Of a stretch of 64,000 nt of DNA, positions 61,654-64,000 are shown piece after piece (position 1 is the stretch's first letter; each line of letters starts with the position of its first letter). This DNA is from Antedon mediterranea (lineage: Eukaryota; Animalia; Echinodermata): the NCBI RefSeq assembly GCF_964355755.1, contig NC_092674.1, positions 15,314,001 to 15,378,000 on the forward strand, given 5' to 3'. The position numbers and the translations under genes were made by a program. Below the pieces are notes generated by a model. It was given only the letters and a program-made list of their open reading frames with translations, did not search any database and had not been told where the DNA came from.

Positions 61654-63020
61654 TAGGTATCCCAATGAAGTGTCTTTAAGTTAAAAATATACCGTACTCT
61701 TTCTTGTGTACCCATAAAAATTATGTCTGGAAAGATCTTGTTAAAGCCTGTTTTCCTGTCGACGTTAAGTTACGTTGAGTTGCGTTGAGTTGACATATTC
61801 AACGATTTAACAGGAAAAGGGGGTAAAAATTAACGTTGAAAATCGTTAAAATCTTAAATCGTTAAAGTTGAACCGAGTTCAACTTTAACGATTACGATCG
61901 TTAAAACTGACCAATCAAATGGTCCACAAATTACGTCATTGCAGTTTGTGAAAAAATAGGTACGCGCTGACAATTCTTGAATGTTTACAACGCGACGATG
62001 TTTTTCACCTTTTTTGTACACTTTTAAGGTCTGATATTTAAAAAAAACAAGTGTAAGTTAATTAAATTATAATATTAAACCAATTAAATTTAATGTTTGT
62101 CTTTAGTGTAAGCCTAGATTAAGATATCAACGAAAGCATGTCCCAGGCTGGGTTTAAGCATCAAAACCCGTAACTTTTTCAATTTTCACGCGGTCCCGGC
62201 TGCGCGTGGCCGGCCTTAGTTTTGCAACACTTCACGTCCGCGTGTCCCAGCAACCCTATGACCGATCGCGTAAAAATGTGTAAATATTAGCGGTCCGACT
62301 CGATCATCGTCATCGCTATTTTATTTTCAACTTTAACGATTTTAAACTCAACGCAACTCAACGTATTTCAACGTCGACAGGAAAACAGGCTTTAGGGGTT
62401 TATTTATATATATTTTTAATTTATGTTTATTATTAATATTAATATTTTAATAGAAAACGCGAGTTAAAAATAAGGCACAAAAGCCGGCTAAAAATAACTT
62501 GGGAAAATACCTACACATTTTCAAATCCTAATCGCACATTATAGGTCCATAATAGGTGGTGGAGTAATTTTTGTTGCATGTTATCAGGCTTTAAAATACT
62601 CTTTATTTTGATATGTAAATCGGTAAATCAATTATGCACATCCGCCTCAAATGTCAAATTGTTAGTGTCATTATCAAAATCTGGCTAATTTAATATTGAA
62701 TTGATGCTAATTGATATTTCTCTTTGATAAACCACATTGTTTTATTTGACTTTGCGTGGACCTCGTGCGAAGAGGCCAACAAGACCAACCACTCAAAAAA
62801 AAAAACCCTCCTGCAGAAAATATCAGTGTTTACCATTATCCTTACAGGGGGATTCACTTCTCCGCTTATTACTAAATTACAATCACCCAGGCAATGTTCC
62901 ATTTTCGGAACTACTGTAGTCTTCTCCACACACGAGGCATGTCGAAAAATGTCGCTTTTCATGAAATATTTGCTTTGAAATGTCAATTTTACCGATTGGA
63001 GTTAGGAAGTACCGAAGAAA
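61654..63020 (-). mobile_element. Partial inverted copy of the 22032-24054 element
   Basis: Begins taggtatcccaatgaag; reverse complement of about 23150-24054; ORF-track peptides [13 protein letters not shown] appear in both copies. Confidence 0.85.
61745..62391. mobile_element. PIF/Harbinger-like MITE nested in the preceding element
   Basis: taa|agcctgttttcctgtcgacgtt .. aacgtcgacaggaaaacaggct|tta; shares the internal aaagtt(g/c)aacc..gttcaacttt motif with the 41131 MITE. Confidence 0.87.
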
Positions 63021-63753
63021 TTTATCCTGCCACTTATATTGAATGATAACGTGTTCAAAATAAAGTTACATGAAATTGAAATTTGTTCAAATATTCCAAA
63101 ATTATCTTTAGATCGAATACATCTCGGAGTCATCAATATTAAATGAAGATTGAGTTGAGCGTTTATTTTTGCGGCCTAATACTTAACCTTTGCCCTAGGC
63201 TAAAAAGAATTGAGGAAAAATGTTCACCAAATTTACAGGTTATTTGAGCCTACGCTTTTTTTTACTACGTCTGAAAATGATCTTATTTTATATTCTTAAA
63301 GTTAGGATTAAAAATTTCAAAAAAATATTTTATATTTGTTTTTGCCAAATTGCAAATAATTAAGCAAATTTAAAAAAACATGAAAATGGCTAAATATTTC
63401 AGTATACATCAAATAAAATGTGTAGGTTTTTAAAATTTTTTATTCATTCAAAATTTGTGATTAAAATACAAATGAAACATGACCGCATGCAAAAGGCCTA
63501 TCTACTGCAGCCTCACCGGCCTGAAGCGATACCTGTCGCCACAGCTAAGTCATGTTTGATTTAGCTGCATTTTATTATGTCACATGTACAGTACTGTAAA
63601 GTGCATTAAATTAGCAAACATAAAAATACACAAACAAGAAGGGTGATTAATTAAGAGATAGCTAGGAGGCTTATACGAGTAATAAACATTCCAAATTAAC
63701 TGAATTTCATTATTTTTTTAAAGAAAACTATTCTGGTAAATGGTAAACAAAGG

Positions 63754-63772
63754 TGGTCAACAGATGGCGCCA
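63754..63772 (+). promoter_or_regulatory. CTCF-like motif
   Basis: tggtcaacagatggcgcca resembles the CTCF core TGGCCACCAGRKGGCGCYA; motif match only. Confidence 0.3.
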
Positions 63773-64000
63773 TTTACCTGACAGTTTATTTGAATGAAAT
63801 GAAATAATCAACAGAGAGCCAACCTACTCATTTACAAACCTTCTATTTTGGGAATGGTTCTAAATGGTCATTGGTACATTGTTTTTACCTTATGGTTTTG
63901 TGGAGTTGCAACACTACAGTACCAATTAATCGATGTTCATTATTCCGTGATGTTTGTGTGGGTAAAAAATATGGGATAGCTGGAGATAGAGTTGAATATT

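Overview
AT-rich eukaryotic (metazoan, probably a marine invertebrate; organism is a guess) genomic DNA. One spliced protein-coding gene dominates: a KDM6A/UTX-type H3K27 demethylase (TPR repeats, Q/S/P-rich linker, JmjC, Zn-binding domain) on the minus strand. I traced 21 coding exons by hand (39824 down to the stop at 3819), all with GT-AG ends and consistent phases. The N-terminal exons were not found and probably lie beyond the window, behind a >24 kb intron. A long 3' UTR appears to run to about 480, tail-to-tail with the 3' end of a plus-strand neighbour. The introns hold four minisatellites (84, 51, 49 and 17 bp units), LINE and SINE remnants, and many non-autonomous DNA transposons with readable TIRs and TSDs (piggyBac-, Harbinger-, Tc1/mariner-, hAT-, Sola-, Academ-, Kolobok- and Helitron/Helentron-like). 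The most unusual observations are (1) a palindromic Penelope-like insert carrying two back-to-back minimal hammerhead ribozyme motifs, (2) a multi-level transposon nest at 53.7-61.1 kb, (3) one internal core sequence shared by transposons with unrelated termini, and (4) a ~190-bp tandem unit whose stems are conserved while its loops vary. Superfamily assignments rest on terminal motifs only; no database search was possible.
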